A DNA stretch of 38,970 nt from Candidatus Jorgensenbacteria bacterium GWA1_54_12 (lineage in GTDB: Bacteria; Patescibacteriota; Minisyncoccia; UBA6257; GWB1-50-10). The stretch covers positions 63,241 through 102,210 of the forward strand of contig MFKH01000010.1 in NCBI GenBank assembly GCA_001779505.1, read 5' to 3'. The notes below the pieces were generated by a model, which was not told where the DNA came from, did not search any database, and saw nothing but the letters and a program-made list of their open reading frames with translations. Both the position numbers and the translations under genes were made by a program. Position 1 is the first letter of the stretch. Each line of letters opens with the position of its first letter. Below are positions 25,173-33,522 of this stretch, piece by piece.

Positions 25173-26251
25173 GAATCTTATTTGCCGCATCCGACACGGA
25201 AGCAGTCGGCGGCATTCAGCAGTACAACAGGAAATTTCTTGAATGTCTGCGAGTGCGCGGTGACGAAGTGCGCCTTGTGGAATTGAAACGCGGCGAAATG
25301 ATCAAGAAAATCCGCTTTGCGGCCGAAGTGCTTGCACAGAGCGCGCGGTGGAAACCCGACTTGGTGGTATGCGCGCACGTGAATTACGCACCCCTTGGAT
25401 TTCTTGCAAAAAAGCTGTTTGGGCGGAGATATATGGTATGCACGCATGGTATTGACGTGTGGGAAGTGAAAAGCGGCTTCAAGCGCACGGCATTGCGGGA
25501 GGCAGACCTGGTGACGACTGTTGCGGAATTTACGCGGGACAAAATCGTAAGCCAACTGCCGGAAACACAAGAACGAGTATATCTCCTGTATAACTCTGTG
25601 GACGGCAAGCGGTTCGTGCCGAAAGAGAAATCGGCGAAACTCGTGGAAAGGCATAATCTTCGAGGCAAAAAGGTAATATTCACCGTTGCACGCCTTTTGA
25701 AGCAGGAAGGATATAAAGGGTATGACCGGGTTATCGAATCCCTACCGCGCGTTCTGGAAACGATTCCCAATGCTGTTTATCTTCTCGGAGGTAAAGGCGA
25801 TGATGCCGAGAGAGTGAAAAACCTCATCCGGAAGTTCGGCTTGGAAAAAACAGTCATCATGGCAGGATACATTCCGGAAGAGGAGATTGTTGACTATTAC
25901 AACCTTGCTGACGTGTTTGTCATGCCGTCTAAGGCAGAGGGAGCGCCGACAGTCTTTATGGAGGCGCTTGCCTGCGGCGTGCCAGTCATTGCAGGGAACA
26001 AAGACGGGTCAGGCACACCTCTTATGAACGGCGAGCTGGGCCTCCTTATAAACCCCGACAGCGTGGAAGAAATTGCCTCGGCAATCATCACCATCTTAAA
26101 GGGCGAGGCAAAGAAAGAACTTCTTGACCGTGACTTCCTGCGGAGGAAGGTTTTGGAGGAATTCGGTTTGGACAGCTTTTCGGCAAGAGTTGACGAAGCG
26201 CTCCGCCGCGCCGTGCATGGGGCATTTGCGGTTGCCGGAAAAGTCACATAG
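25169..26251 (+). CDS. family 4 (GT-B, GT1 clan) glycosyltransferase
   Basis: SKAEGAPTVFMEALACGVPVIAG (EX7E region). Start is ATG 25169 with an ATGA overlap. The ORF-track start 25160 is a TTG. Confidence 0.88.
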   Translation: MRILFAASDTEAVGGIQQYNRKFLECLRVRGDEVRLVELKRGEMIKKIRFAAEVLAQSARWKPDLVVCAHVNYAPLGFLAKKLFGRRYMVCTHGIDVWEVKSGFKRTALREADLVTTVAEFTRDKIVSQLPETQERVYLLYNSVDGKRFVPKEKSAKLVERHNLRGKKVIFTVARLLKQEGYKGYDRVIESLPRVLETIPNAVYLLGGKGDDAERVKNLIRKFGLEKTVIMAGYIPEEEIVDYYNLADVFVMPSKAEGAPTVFMEALACGVPVIAGNKDGSGTPLMNGELGLLINPDSVEEIASAIITILKGEAKKELLDRDFLRRKVLEEFGLDSFSARVDEALRRAVHGAFAVAGKVT

Positions 26252-26261
26252 AATTGAAGCC

Positions 26262-26657
26262 ATGAAAATCAAGAGGCTTCAGCCAGAGTGCAATCTGGCA
26301 ACGGTTCGGGACGGGCGCGGCGGCATCTTCACGTTTTATCCAGAGAAACCGGTCGTTGAGTTCAACTTCCAGTTCATCAACAAAAACACTATCCGGGGGA
26401 ATCACTATCACCCGGAGTTTGACGAATACTATCTCTTCACCGAAGGAAACGGCGTTGTCGTCACAAGAAATGACGAAGGCAAAGAGGAATTCCTCTATGT
26501 AGGCACGGGGGACTGCCTCTACATACCACAGGGCGTTTCCCATGTCACGTACGCCATTACAGATATCAAATATGTGACGTTTCTGACCAAGAAATGGAAC
26601 GACTGCGAGAAACCGATTGTCCACGAGGATTTGGGAATGGGAGCGGCGCCGAAATGA
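26262..26657 (+). CDS. small cupin-fold protein, sugar-nucleotide epimerase/isomerase-like (RmlC/WxcM-like)
   Basis: 131 aa with DGRGGIF, RGNHYH and YIPQGVSHV. Start ATG 26262 lies 10 nt after the upstream stop. Confidence 0.7.
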   Translation: MKIKRLQPECNLATVRDGRGGIFTFYPEKPVVEFNFQFINKNTIRGNHYHPEFDEYYLFTEGNGVVVTRNDEGKEEFLYVGTGDCLYIPQGVSHVTYAITDIKYVTFLTKKWNDCEKPIVHEDLGMGAAPK

Positions 26658-27661
26658 ACGTTTCTCGAAAATTGAAATTCGGCGTGTTAGGCTGTTCACG
26701 CGTTGCCGGGCGCGGGGTCGTGCCGGCCATCTTAAACTCCGCTTTCTCGGAACTCGGCATAATTGCGGGGAGGTCGCCGGAGGAGGCGAAGGAATTCGGC
26801 GCCCAGTTCGGATGCGGCTCGTTCGGGACATACGAAGACGTTTTGAAAAGCGACGTGGACGTCGTATACGTCTCGCTTCCCAATGCGCTCCACGAGGAGT
26901 GGAGCGTGAAGGCGGCGAACGCGGGGAAGCACGTCTATTGCGAGAAGCCTGCAGGGACGTCATACGCCGCCGCGAAAAGTATGGTTGAAGCGGCAAAAGC
27001 AAACAGGGTGCGGCTCATAGAAGGCCTCATGTTCAGATATCATCCGCAAAACGCGCGGGTGAAGGAACTGATAAGGAACGGCGCTCTGGGAGAAGTTCTG
27101 AAATTCGACGGCTCTTTCGGATACGCCATGCCGGGAAGGGAAGAAAGTCAGATGAAACGTGAATCTCAGGGCGGGTCGCTCCATGCCTGCGGAGTATATC
27201 CCGTCGCGGCGAGCAGGATAGTATTCGGAGAGGAGCCGATGAGTGTCTTTTGCACATTGAAGATTGATGAAGCAAGCGGTGTTGACCTAGAAGCACATCT
27301 CCTTCTGAAATACTCGAGCGAGAGAACGGCCTTCGTTTCGTCCCTCTTCGGTTCGTATTATGAGTCAACATACAGCGTATTAGGCACGAAAGCTCGCGTG
27401 CGGCTCCCACGGGCATATGCTGTCCCGCGGGATATGGAAACAAAAATGTTTTTCGATGCAGATGACAGGGTGACCGAGACGGTGTTTCCGCCGGCAGACC
27501 ATTTTAAGTTGCTCTTGGATGATTTCTGCGGCGAGATTCTGAAAGGCAAAGAGAGTGCTATAGATTACGAAGGGGATCTCCTGGCCCAGGCGAAGGTTAT
27601 TGAAGCGGCACGGATATCTGCAGAAAAAGGGTGCCCGGTGAATATCTCGAAAATAATATGA
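26654..27661 (+). CDS. Gfo/Idh/MocA-family NAD(P) sugar oxidoreductase
   Basis: LKFGVLGCSRVAGRGVVPAI Rossmann N-terminus and an EKP motif (HVYCEKPAG). ATGA overlap with the cupin gene. Confidence 0.88.
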   Translation: MNVSRKLKFGVLGCSRVAGRGVVPAILNSAFSELGIIAGRSPEEAKEFGAQFGCGSFGTYEDVLKSDVDVVYVSLPNALHEEWSVKAANAGKHVYCEKPAGTSYAAAKSMVEAAKANRVRLIEGLMFRYHPQNARVKELIRNGALGEVLKFDGSFGYAMPGREESQMKRESQGGSLHACGVYPVAASRIVFGEEPMSVFCTLKIDEASGVDLEAHLLLKYSSERTAFVSSLFGSYYESTYSVLGTKARVRLPRAYAVPRDMETKMFFDADDRVTETVFPPADHFKLLLDDFCGEILKGKESAIDYEGDLLAQAKVIEAARISAEKGCPVNISKII

Positions 27662-28413
27662 AGGAGTTGGACAAGGAGTTGGACATAGTTATCCCCGTCT
27701 ACAATGAGGGGGAGAATATAGTCGAGACGCTCATTGCCCTGAAACAGAGCGTAAAAACATCCTTCCGAGTGCTTATCTGTTATGACTTCAATGAAGACAA
27801 TACCTTGCCGGCAGTGCGCGATGCCAGGGGTGCGGGATGCGACGTGCAGCTGGTGAAAAACAGGGGAAAGGGAGTGCATCACGCGATCATGACCGGGCTC
27901 GGGGAAACAGAGGCAGACGCCGTGCTTATGTACCCAGCAGACGAGTCCTACAATACGGTCATCATTGACGCGATGTACACGAAGCTCCGGGAGGGGAATG
28001 ATGTAGTCGGCGCAAGTAGGTTTATGAAAGGGGGTGCCATGAAGGGCGGTCCCTTCCTGAAGTCGCTCGTTCTGCGCGCGGCCGCGTTTACACTCAAGCG
28101 GTTCGGGGGTCTTGGCGCGAGCGACGCGAGCTATGCGCTGAAGATGTTTTCACGGCGCATCCTTGATACGGTGGAGATTGAGTCAACAGATGGCTTTACG
28201 TTTGCGATTGAACTTCTTGTGAAATGCCACCGGTTAGGATGGAAAGCTGCCGAAGTGCCGGCACGCTGGCTCATGCGCGAGAAGGGACAAAGCCGTTTTA
28301 ATTTTAGAAAATGGTTGCCGCATTACTTCAAATGGTTTTTATATGCGTTTGCAACAACGTACCTAAGAAGGGGGTCGGAGACAGTTAAGCTGAAGTCGGG
28401 AGCAGAAATATAA
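27658..28413 (+). CDS. family 2 glycosyltransferase, polyprenyl-phosphate sugar synthase-like (DPM1/ArnC/GtrB-like)
   Basis: LDIVIPVYNEGENIVETL, then an acidic YPADESY motif. At 251 aa, its size and N-terminus are typical of the Dpm1/GtrB group. ATGA overlap upstream. Confidence 0.8.
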   Translation: MKELDKELDIVIPVYNEGENIVETLIALKQSVKTSFRVLICYDFNEDNTLPAVRDARGAGCDVQLVKNRGKGVHHAIMTGLGETEADAVLMYPADESYNTVIIDAMYTKLREGNDVVGASRFMKGGAMKGGPFLKSLVLRAAAFTLKRFGGLGASDASYALKMFSRRILDTVEIESTDGFTFAIELLVKCHRLGWKAAEVPARWLMREKGQSRFNFRKWLPHYFKWFLYAFATTYLRRGSETVKLKSGAEI

Positions 28414-28456
28414 GCCCTCTTTTCTTTTCCACCCGCATTGATTAAGATGTTGGGCA

Positions 28457-30658
28457 ATGAAATACGACCTTTGTATTATCGGAGGAGCCGGGCACGTAGG
28501 ACTCCCCCTGGGAGTGGCCTTTGCAAATAGCGGTGTGAGAACGGCGATTTTCGACGTTAACCAGGAGGCTCTTGAAAAAATTAGGTCCGGCCAGTTTCCG
28601 TTCAAAGAGAGAGGCGGAAATGAAGCGCTCCAGACAGCCTTGAGAGCAAATACTCTTTTTGTCACCGACTCCCCGGAATCAATAAGCGATTCCAAATTTA
28701 TAATTATTGTCGTTGGCACGCCGATTGATGAATATCTGAGTCCGAATCATAGTCTTACCACGAAACTGCTGGATAAGTACTTTGATTATTTTAGGGATGG
28801 GCAAATTGTAATCCTACGGAGTACGGTTTACCCCGGCACAACTGAAAAAGTTCAAAATTATTTTCAGAAGAGGGGTAAACAAGTGAAACTAGCCATGTGT
28901 CCCGAAAGAATCTCTCAAGGGTACGCCTTGGAAGAATTTAAAGTTTTACCTCAAATTATTTCGGTCATTGACGACTCCGCTTTTGAAGAAGTTTCTTCCT
29001 TGTTCAAAAAAATCGCCTCCGCAGAAATTATCCGTATCAAACCAATTGAAGCGGAACTTGCGAAACTTTTTACCAATGCATGGCGTTACATAAAGTTCGC
29101 CGTCGGAACGCAGTTTTTTACCATAGCCCATGACCATGGTTTGGATTATCACCAAATCGAGAAAGCTATGAAGAAAGATTATGCCCGAAACAACGATTTA
29201 CCTGCCCCCGGTTTTACCGCCGGACCCTGTCTCTTAAAAGATACTATGCAGCTTGCGGCTTTCACCAACAACAATTTTTTATTGGGACACGCGGCTATGC
29301 TCGTGAATGAAGGCCTTGTCAACCATATAATCCAGGGCCTGAAGCGTGAATATCCCGAATTTCTCAAAGACAAAACACTCGGCATTTTGGGGATGGCCTT
29401 CAAGGCCGATAACGATGACCACCGCGACTCGCTTTCATACAAACTTCGCAAAATCGGACGAGTTGAGTGTAAAAACGTGCTTTGCACAGATGTTTACATT
29501 AAGGATCCTAGCTTCGTGCCACTTGAAACGGTACTTAAAGAATCCGACATTTTGGTTTTGGCGACGCCGCACGCGAAGTATGCAAGTATAGACCCTCGCA
29601 AATATCCAGATAAGAAATTCATTGATATATGGAATTTCTGGGGTGCCCAGAAAACAAAAAGGATACTTATCACGGGGGCAGCCGGTTTCATTGGCTATCA
29701 CCTTGCATTGCATCTTCTTGAGAAATACGGCAACGAGTGCGAGCTTGTGCTCGTGGACAATCTTCAAAAGGAGGGCATGGACGAGGAGCTCAAAAAACTC
29801 ATCGGGAATCCTCAAATTTCATTCAAGAACCTTGATCTCACCGACCCCCACGCGTACGGAGAGATTGGAGAGAATTATGACTATGTCTATCACCTTGCCG
29901 CGATTAATCACACTCAACTCTTTTATGAAATACCGCATAAGATATTGCGGACAAACACGCTTTCTCTCATACACATGCTGGATTGGTTCAAGGAAAAGAG
30001 CAACAAGGGAAAATTCTGTTTTACCTCATCAAACGAGGCGTACGCGGGCGCTTTGAACGCGTTCGGAACACTGCCTCTGCCGACACCGGAGGATGTGCCA
30101 CTCGTCATAGAAGATCCTAAAAATCCGCGCTGGTCGTACGCCGCAACGAAACTCGTCGGCGAACTTTTCGTCAATCATTACGCGAAAATGTATAATTTCA
30201 GGGCACTCATCGTCCGTCCGCACAATTTCTACGGTCCGCGGGCGGGGCATGGGGGACATGTCATACCCGACTTCGCAGAACGTATCGCAAGGCAGATTGA
30301 CCCATTCCCCATCTATGGAGCGGATGATACACGAACATTCTGCTATATTTCTGATGCAGTACGGGCGATGTCGGCGCTCATGGACTCTCCTCAAACCGAC
30401 AAACAACCGATTGAAACGGTACATATCGGTGACTTCGAGGAAATCACCATGCAGGAACTTGCTCACAAGATGTTTGAGACAGCCAATTGGAGACCGCAGT
30501 CGCTTGATATTAAAAACTCTCCCTCCGGAAGCGTAAAGAGGCGTTTAGCCAATATAACGAAGCTTCAGGGCCTGACTGGCTGGAGGCCGGAAGTATCCCT
30601 TATGGAAGGATTGAAAAGAACATATGACTGGTACCTCAAGCACCCCCGCGGTGCATAG
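28457..30658 (+). CDS. fusion protein: nucleotide-sugar dehydrogenase (all three domains) + extended SDR epimerase/dehydratase/decarboxylase
   Basis: N-terminal half: CIIGGAGHVGLPLG, VGTPID, catalytic Cys GFTAGPCLLKD, and C-domain GMAFKADNDDHRDS. C-terminal half from about aa 400: ILITGAAGFIGYHL and YAATKLVGE. Confidence 0.88.
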   Translation: MKYDLCIIGGAGHVGLPLGVAFANSGVRTAIFDVNQEALEKIRSGQFPFKERGGNEALQTALRANTLFVTDSPESISDSKFIIIVVGTPIDEYLSPNHSLTTKLLDKYFDYFRDGQIVILRSTVYPGTTEKVQNYFQKRGKQVKLAMCPERISQGYALEEFKVLPQIISVIDDSAFEEVSSLFKKIASAEIIRIKPIEAELAKLFTNAWRYIKFAVGTQFFTIAHDHGLDYHQIEKAMKKDYARNNDLPAPGFTAGPCLLKDTMQLAAFTNNNFLLGHAAMLVNEGLVNHIIQGLKREYPEFLKDKTLGILGMAFKADNDDHRDSLSYKLRKIGRVECKNVLCTDVYIKDPSFVPLETVLKESDILVLATPHAKYASIDPRKYPDKKFIDIWNFWGAQKTKRILITGAAGFIGYHLALHLLEKYGNECELVLVDNLQKEGMDEELKKLIGNPQISFKNLDLTDPHAYGEIGENYDYVYHLAAINHTQLFYEIPHKILRTNTLSLIHMLDWFKEKSNKGKFCFTSSNEAYAGALNAFGTLPLPTPEDVPLVIEDPKNPRWSYAATKLVGELFVNHYAKMYNFRALIVRPHNFYGPRAGHGGHVIPDFAERIARQIDPFPIYGADDTRTFCYISDAVRAMSALMDSPQTDKQPIETVHIGDFEEITMQELAHKMFETANWRPQSLDIKNSPSGSVKRRLANITKLQGLTGWRPEVSLMEGLKRTYDWYLKHPRGA

Positions 30659-31883
30659 AGTAACAAACGGTCCCAAGAACCATTTTTTCGGCTTTCACGA
30701 TACGTGCCCGTGGGACGTTTCCGATGAGCGTCTCCTCGCAATGGAAACAGATTTCATTAACCGCGCTCCCGCGCCGGGAGATAAAGCGCGGATTTGTCTT
30801 ATTGATACGAAAAGCGAAGAACTTAAAATTATCGCGGAAACCCGCGCCTGGAATTTTCATCAGGGTTCGCGCCTCCAATGGATGCCGGGAGCCGCAGACA
30901 AGATTGTTTATAACGACCGGGATGGGAATGGTTTTATCTCGGTTATTATGGACGTCAAAACTGGCAAGAAAACCACCTTTTCCTACCCGGTCTACGCGGT
31001 GAACCCGGCAGGAGATTACGGTTTGGGAGTTAACTTTCCGCGCCTGCAAAGATACGGCAGTTACGGCTATTGGTCGGATATCAAAAATACCGACGACCCC
31101 TTTCCCGAGGACGACGGCATATTCAAAGTTGACTTCGGGACGGGAGAAATAAAACTTGTTGTTTCCATTCATGATATCGCTCATTTTGAAAACGTTCCCA
31201 AAAACTCCGAGAAGCACTGCCTGACGCATCTCGTTTTTAACCCTTCAGGAACGCGCGTTGCCTTCATCCATAAGTGGAAAATGGAAGATGGCGGTTTCTC
31301 GCAAAGGTTTATGACAATGGACGCCGACGGCACAGACATCTATTGTCTTCCCGGTAACATCACACACTTTAACTGGAAAAATGACGCCGAGATGCTGGGT
31401 TACGGGAAGTTCAGCCCGCGGATACTGGCTCTGCGGAAGAGAGGGGTTTTTAAGAACCCGGTGCTCGCACCGCTTCTTAAGATTGCGCGCGTGATGCGTG
31501 GCGGATTGAAACAGCGAATTGCCGGACAAAGCTATCTCCTTTTTAAAGATAGAACTCAAAGCGTGAAACGGATTGGAGTTGGTGTATTAATGGAGGATGG
31601 GCATCCGTCCATATGTCCGCAAAACTCCGATTGGTTTGTTACAGATACGTATCCCGATAAACATCACTTCCGCACGCTCACGCTCTACAATCTAGTAACG
31701 GGTGAGCTTAGAGAAATCGGGCGATTCTATTCCCTCCCAAGCGCCTCATGTGGGGTATCTGGCGACTGGGATGTGAGCGAAATGCGTTCAGATCTTCACC
31801 CGCGCTGGAACCATGTGGGCGATGAGATTTGTTTTGATTCAGTTCACGAGGGGACGAAACAGATGTATATTGTGGGTGTATGA
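30624..31883 (+). CDS. beta-propeller-like protein (TolB/oligogalacturonate-lyase-like), unknown function
   Basis: Repeated short beta-strand blades. C-terminal blade DLHPRWNHVGDEICFDSVHEGTKQMYIV resembles PD40-type blades. The start is uncertain (ATG 30624 overlaps upstream by 35 nt; GTG 30651 is an alternative). Confidence 0.55.
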   Translation: MTGTSSTPAVHRVTNGPKNHFFGFHDTCPWDVSDERLLAMETDFINRAPAPGDKARICLIDTKSEELKIIAETRAWNFHQGSRLQWMPGAADKIVYNDRDGNGFISVIMDVKTGKKTTFSYPVYAVNPAGDYGLGVNFPRLQRYGSYGYWSDIKNTDDPFPEDDGIFKVDFGTGEIKLVVSIHDIAHFENVPKNSEKHCLTHLVFNPSGTRVAFIHKWKMEDGGFSQRFMTMDADGTDIYCLPGNITHFNWKNDAEMLGYGKFSPRILALRKRGVFKNPVLAPLLKIARVMRGGLKQRIAGQSYLLFKDRTQSVKRIGVGVLMEDGHPSICPQNSDWFVTDTYPDKHHFRTLTLYNLVTGELREIGRFYSLPSASCGVSGDWDVSEMRSDLHPRWNHVGDEICFDSVHEGTKQMYIVGV

Positions 31884-32929
31884 AACCTTTCAAGGACATA
31901 ATAGTCGTAGGCCCGCAGCATCCCGACACGCTTCCTAAGAGCGTTTTAGAAACGCTACGGGACATGGGGCATAACGCTTCCGCCGTTGACGAGAGAGAAC
32001 TGCTTGGCACGTCTTTTAGGCGGGGCATAGAAGGAAGAGGGCGCATTAGTTTTTTCACAAAGCTGAAAAAGGCAGGCGTTGAAGCGCTCACAAAAAACTC
32101 GCCGGAATTTGAGCGCCGCGTTTATGACCGCCTAGCCTCTTTGATTGAATCAAAAAATCCCGACCTAGTGATTACACACAGCGCGTGGATTCCACCGGAA
32201 GCCATCGCTCGCCTGAAGAGGAACACTCACGCGAAAATTGTTTTGTGGTTTCCCGACCATCCCGGGAACATTGGCCGCCAGTATCTTTTTGCTTCTCCTT
32301 ATGACGCGCTGTTCTTTAAAGATGCGTTTTTGGTGGACCGGGCGCGAAGTTTGAATTTGAACGCCCACTACCTGCCGGAAGCGTGCATGCCGAAGTGGCA
32401 CAAGCGGGTGGAACTTACGGAAAAGGAAAAGGAGACGTACGGCTGTGACGTTACGACTGCCGGCAATATGTATTATTATCGGGCAAAAGTTTTTGAGCCG
32501 CTTATTGACTCGTATAACGTCAAAATATGGGGGCCGGATATCCCTGCGTGGCTCAATTCTTCCGTACGGAGGGCGCATCAGGGGAAGAGCGTCACCGAAC
32601 TGACGAAATCAAAAGCGTTTAATGCCGCGAAAATAGTCCTCAACACATTCCAAGGGGAAGTAAGCGGCGTGAACCAGCGTTTCTTTGAAATAGCGGGGTG
32701 CGGCGGGTTTCAACTTTGCGAGTACCGGGACGCCGTAAGCGATTTTTTTGAAATCGGGAAGGAAATAGCCGTATTTCACGACCTAAAGGAATTAACGGAA
32801 AAAATTGATTATTATCTCGCGCACCCCGAAGAGCGGCAGAAAATAGCCGATGCCGCATATGCCCGCGCTCATCGCGAACACACATTTGAACAGAGGTTAA
32901 AAAAGATGATGGAGATAATTTCTGACTGA
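31880..32929 (+). CDS. CgeB-like glycosyltransferase (Glyco_trans_1_2-type C-terminal domain)
   Basis: KIVLNTFQGEVSGVNQRFFEIAGCGGFQL followed by IDYYLAHPEERQKIADAAYARAHREHTFEQRL, as I recall for CgeB-family proteins. ATGA overlap upstream. Confidence 0.75.
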   Translation: MKPFKDIIVVGPQHPDTLPKSVLETLRDMGHNASAVDERELLGTSFRRGIEGRGRISFFTKLKKAGVEALTKNSPEFERRVYDRLASLIESKNPDLVITHSAWIPPEAIARLKRNTHAKIVLWFPDHPGNIGRQYLFASPYDALFFKDAFLVDRARSLNLNAHYLPEACMPKWHKRVELTEKEKETYGCDVTTAGNMYYYRAKVFEPLIDSYNVKIWGPDIPAWLNSSVRRAHQGKSVTELTKSKAFNAAKIVLNTFQGEVSGVNQRFFEIAGCGGFQLCEYRDAVSDFFEIGKEIAVFHDLKELTEKIDYYLAHPEERQKIADAAYARAHREHTFEQRLKKMMEIISD

Positions 32930-32930
32930 A

Positions 32931-33521
32931 ATGACAAAAATGAGGGCAATCTATCACAAAATAAGGAGAACAATACTTTCGTGGTTTACTCTGCCGAGGT
33001 ATGCCTACATCGAAAAAGTAAAAGTGCCGATGAAAAATTGGATGATGCACCAGTTCACTTTTGGCGGAGCAAAACTGAAACTTGTGTACGAAGAAGAACT
33101 TGTTGAGGAGGCTAAGAAGTTTGTGCGGCCGGGTATGCTCTTTTTTGATATTGGAGCAGGAATCGGGGACTGGAGCTACATATTCGCGTCTTTGGGGTGT
33201 GAGGTATACGCATATGAATCCGATGAGAACTTGCAGAAGTTTATAAAAAAAATTGTGGGAAGGGATAATCTGCCAATTAAGGTGTTCGGAGAATTCAAGA
33301 AATTCGAAGGTGTCATGCCCGGCTTTGCGAAGATAGACGTTGACGGTGGAGAGGGGAATATCATCATGAACAGTCTTGATGCCCTCAAAGAAAGCGACGT
33401 CACTCTCGCCTTGGAAGTCAGGAATGAGACGTTTTACCTCATAGACGAGCTGAAAAAAATCGGCTACAGGGAAGTTAAAAGATTCGGGGACGACAATCGT
33501 GTGATTTTTCTTAAGAAATGA
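32931..33521 (+). CDS. FkbM-family methyltransferase
   Basis: FFDIGAGIGDWSYIFASLG and AKIDVDGGEGNII motifs. Confidence 0.75.
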   Translation: MTKMRAIYHKIRRTILSWFTLPRYAYIEKVKVPMKNWMMHQFTFGGAKLKLVYEEELVEEAKKFVRPGMLFFDIGAGIGDWSYIFASLGCEVYAYESDENLQKFIKKIVGRDNLPIKVFGEFKKFEGVMPGFAKIDVDGGEGNIIMNSLDALKESDVTLALEVRNETFYLIDELKKIGYREVKRFGDDNRVIFLKK

Positions 33522-33522
33522 C

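Noticed and set aside
26244-27002. 252-aa minus-strand ORF. Other long minus-strand ORFs were also considered, for example 32640..33524, 19670..20350, 22183..22806, 37684..38304 and 4187..4696.
   Set aside because: All lie antisense to + strand ORFs with clear family motifs. Their translations are R/S/P/C-rich or low-complexity, as expected for shadow frames. None shows any recognisable domain.
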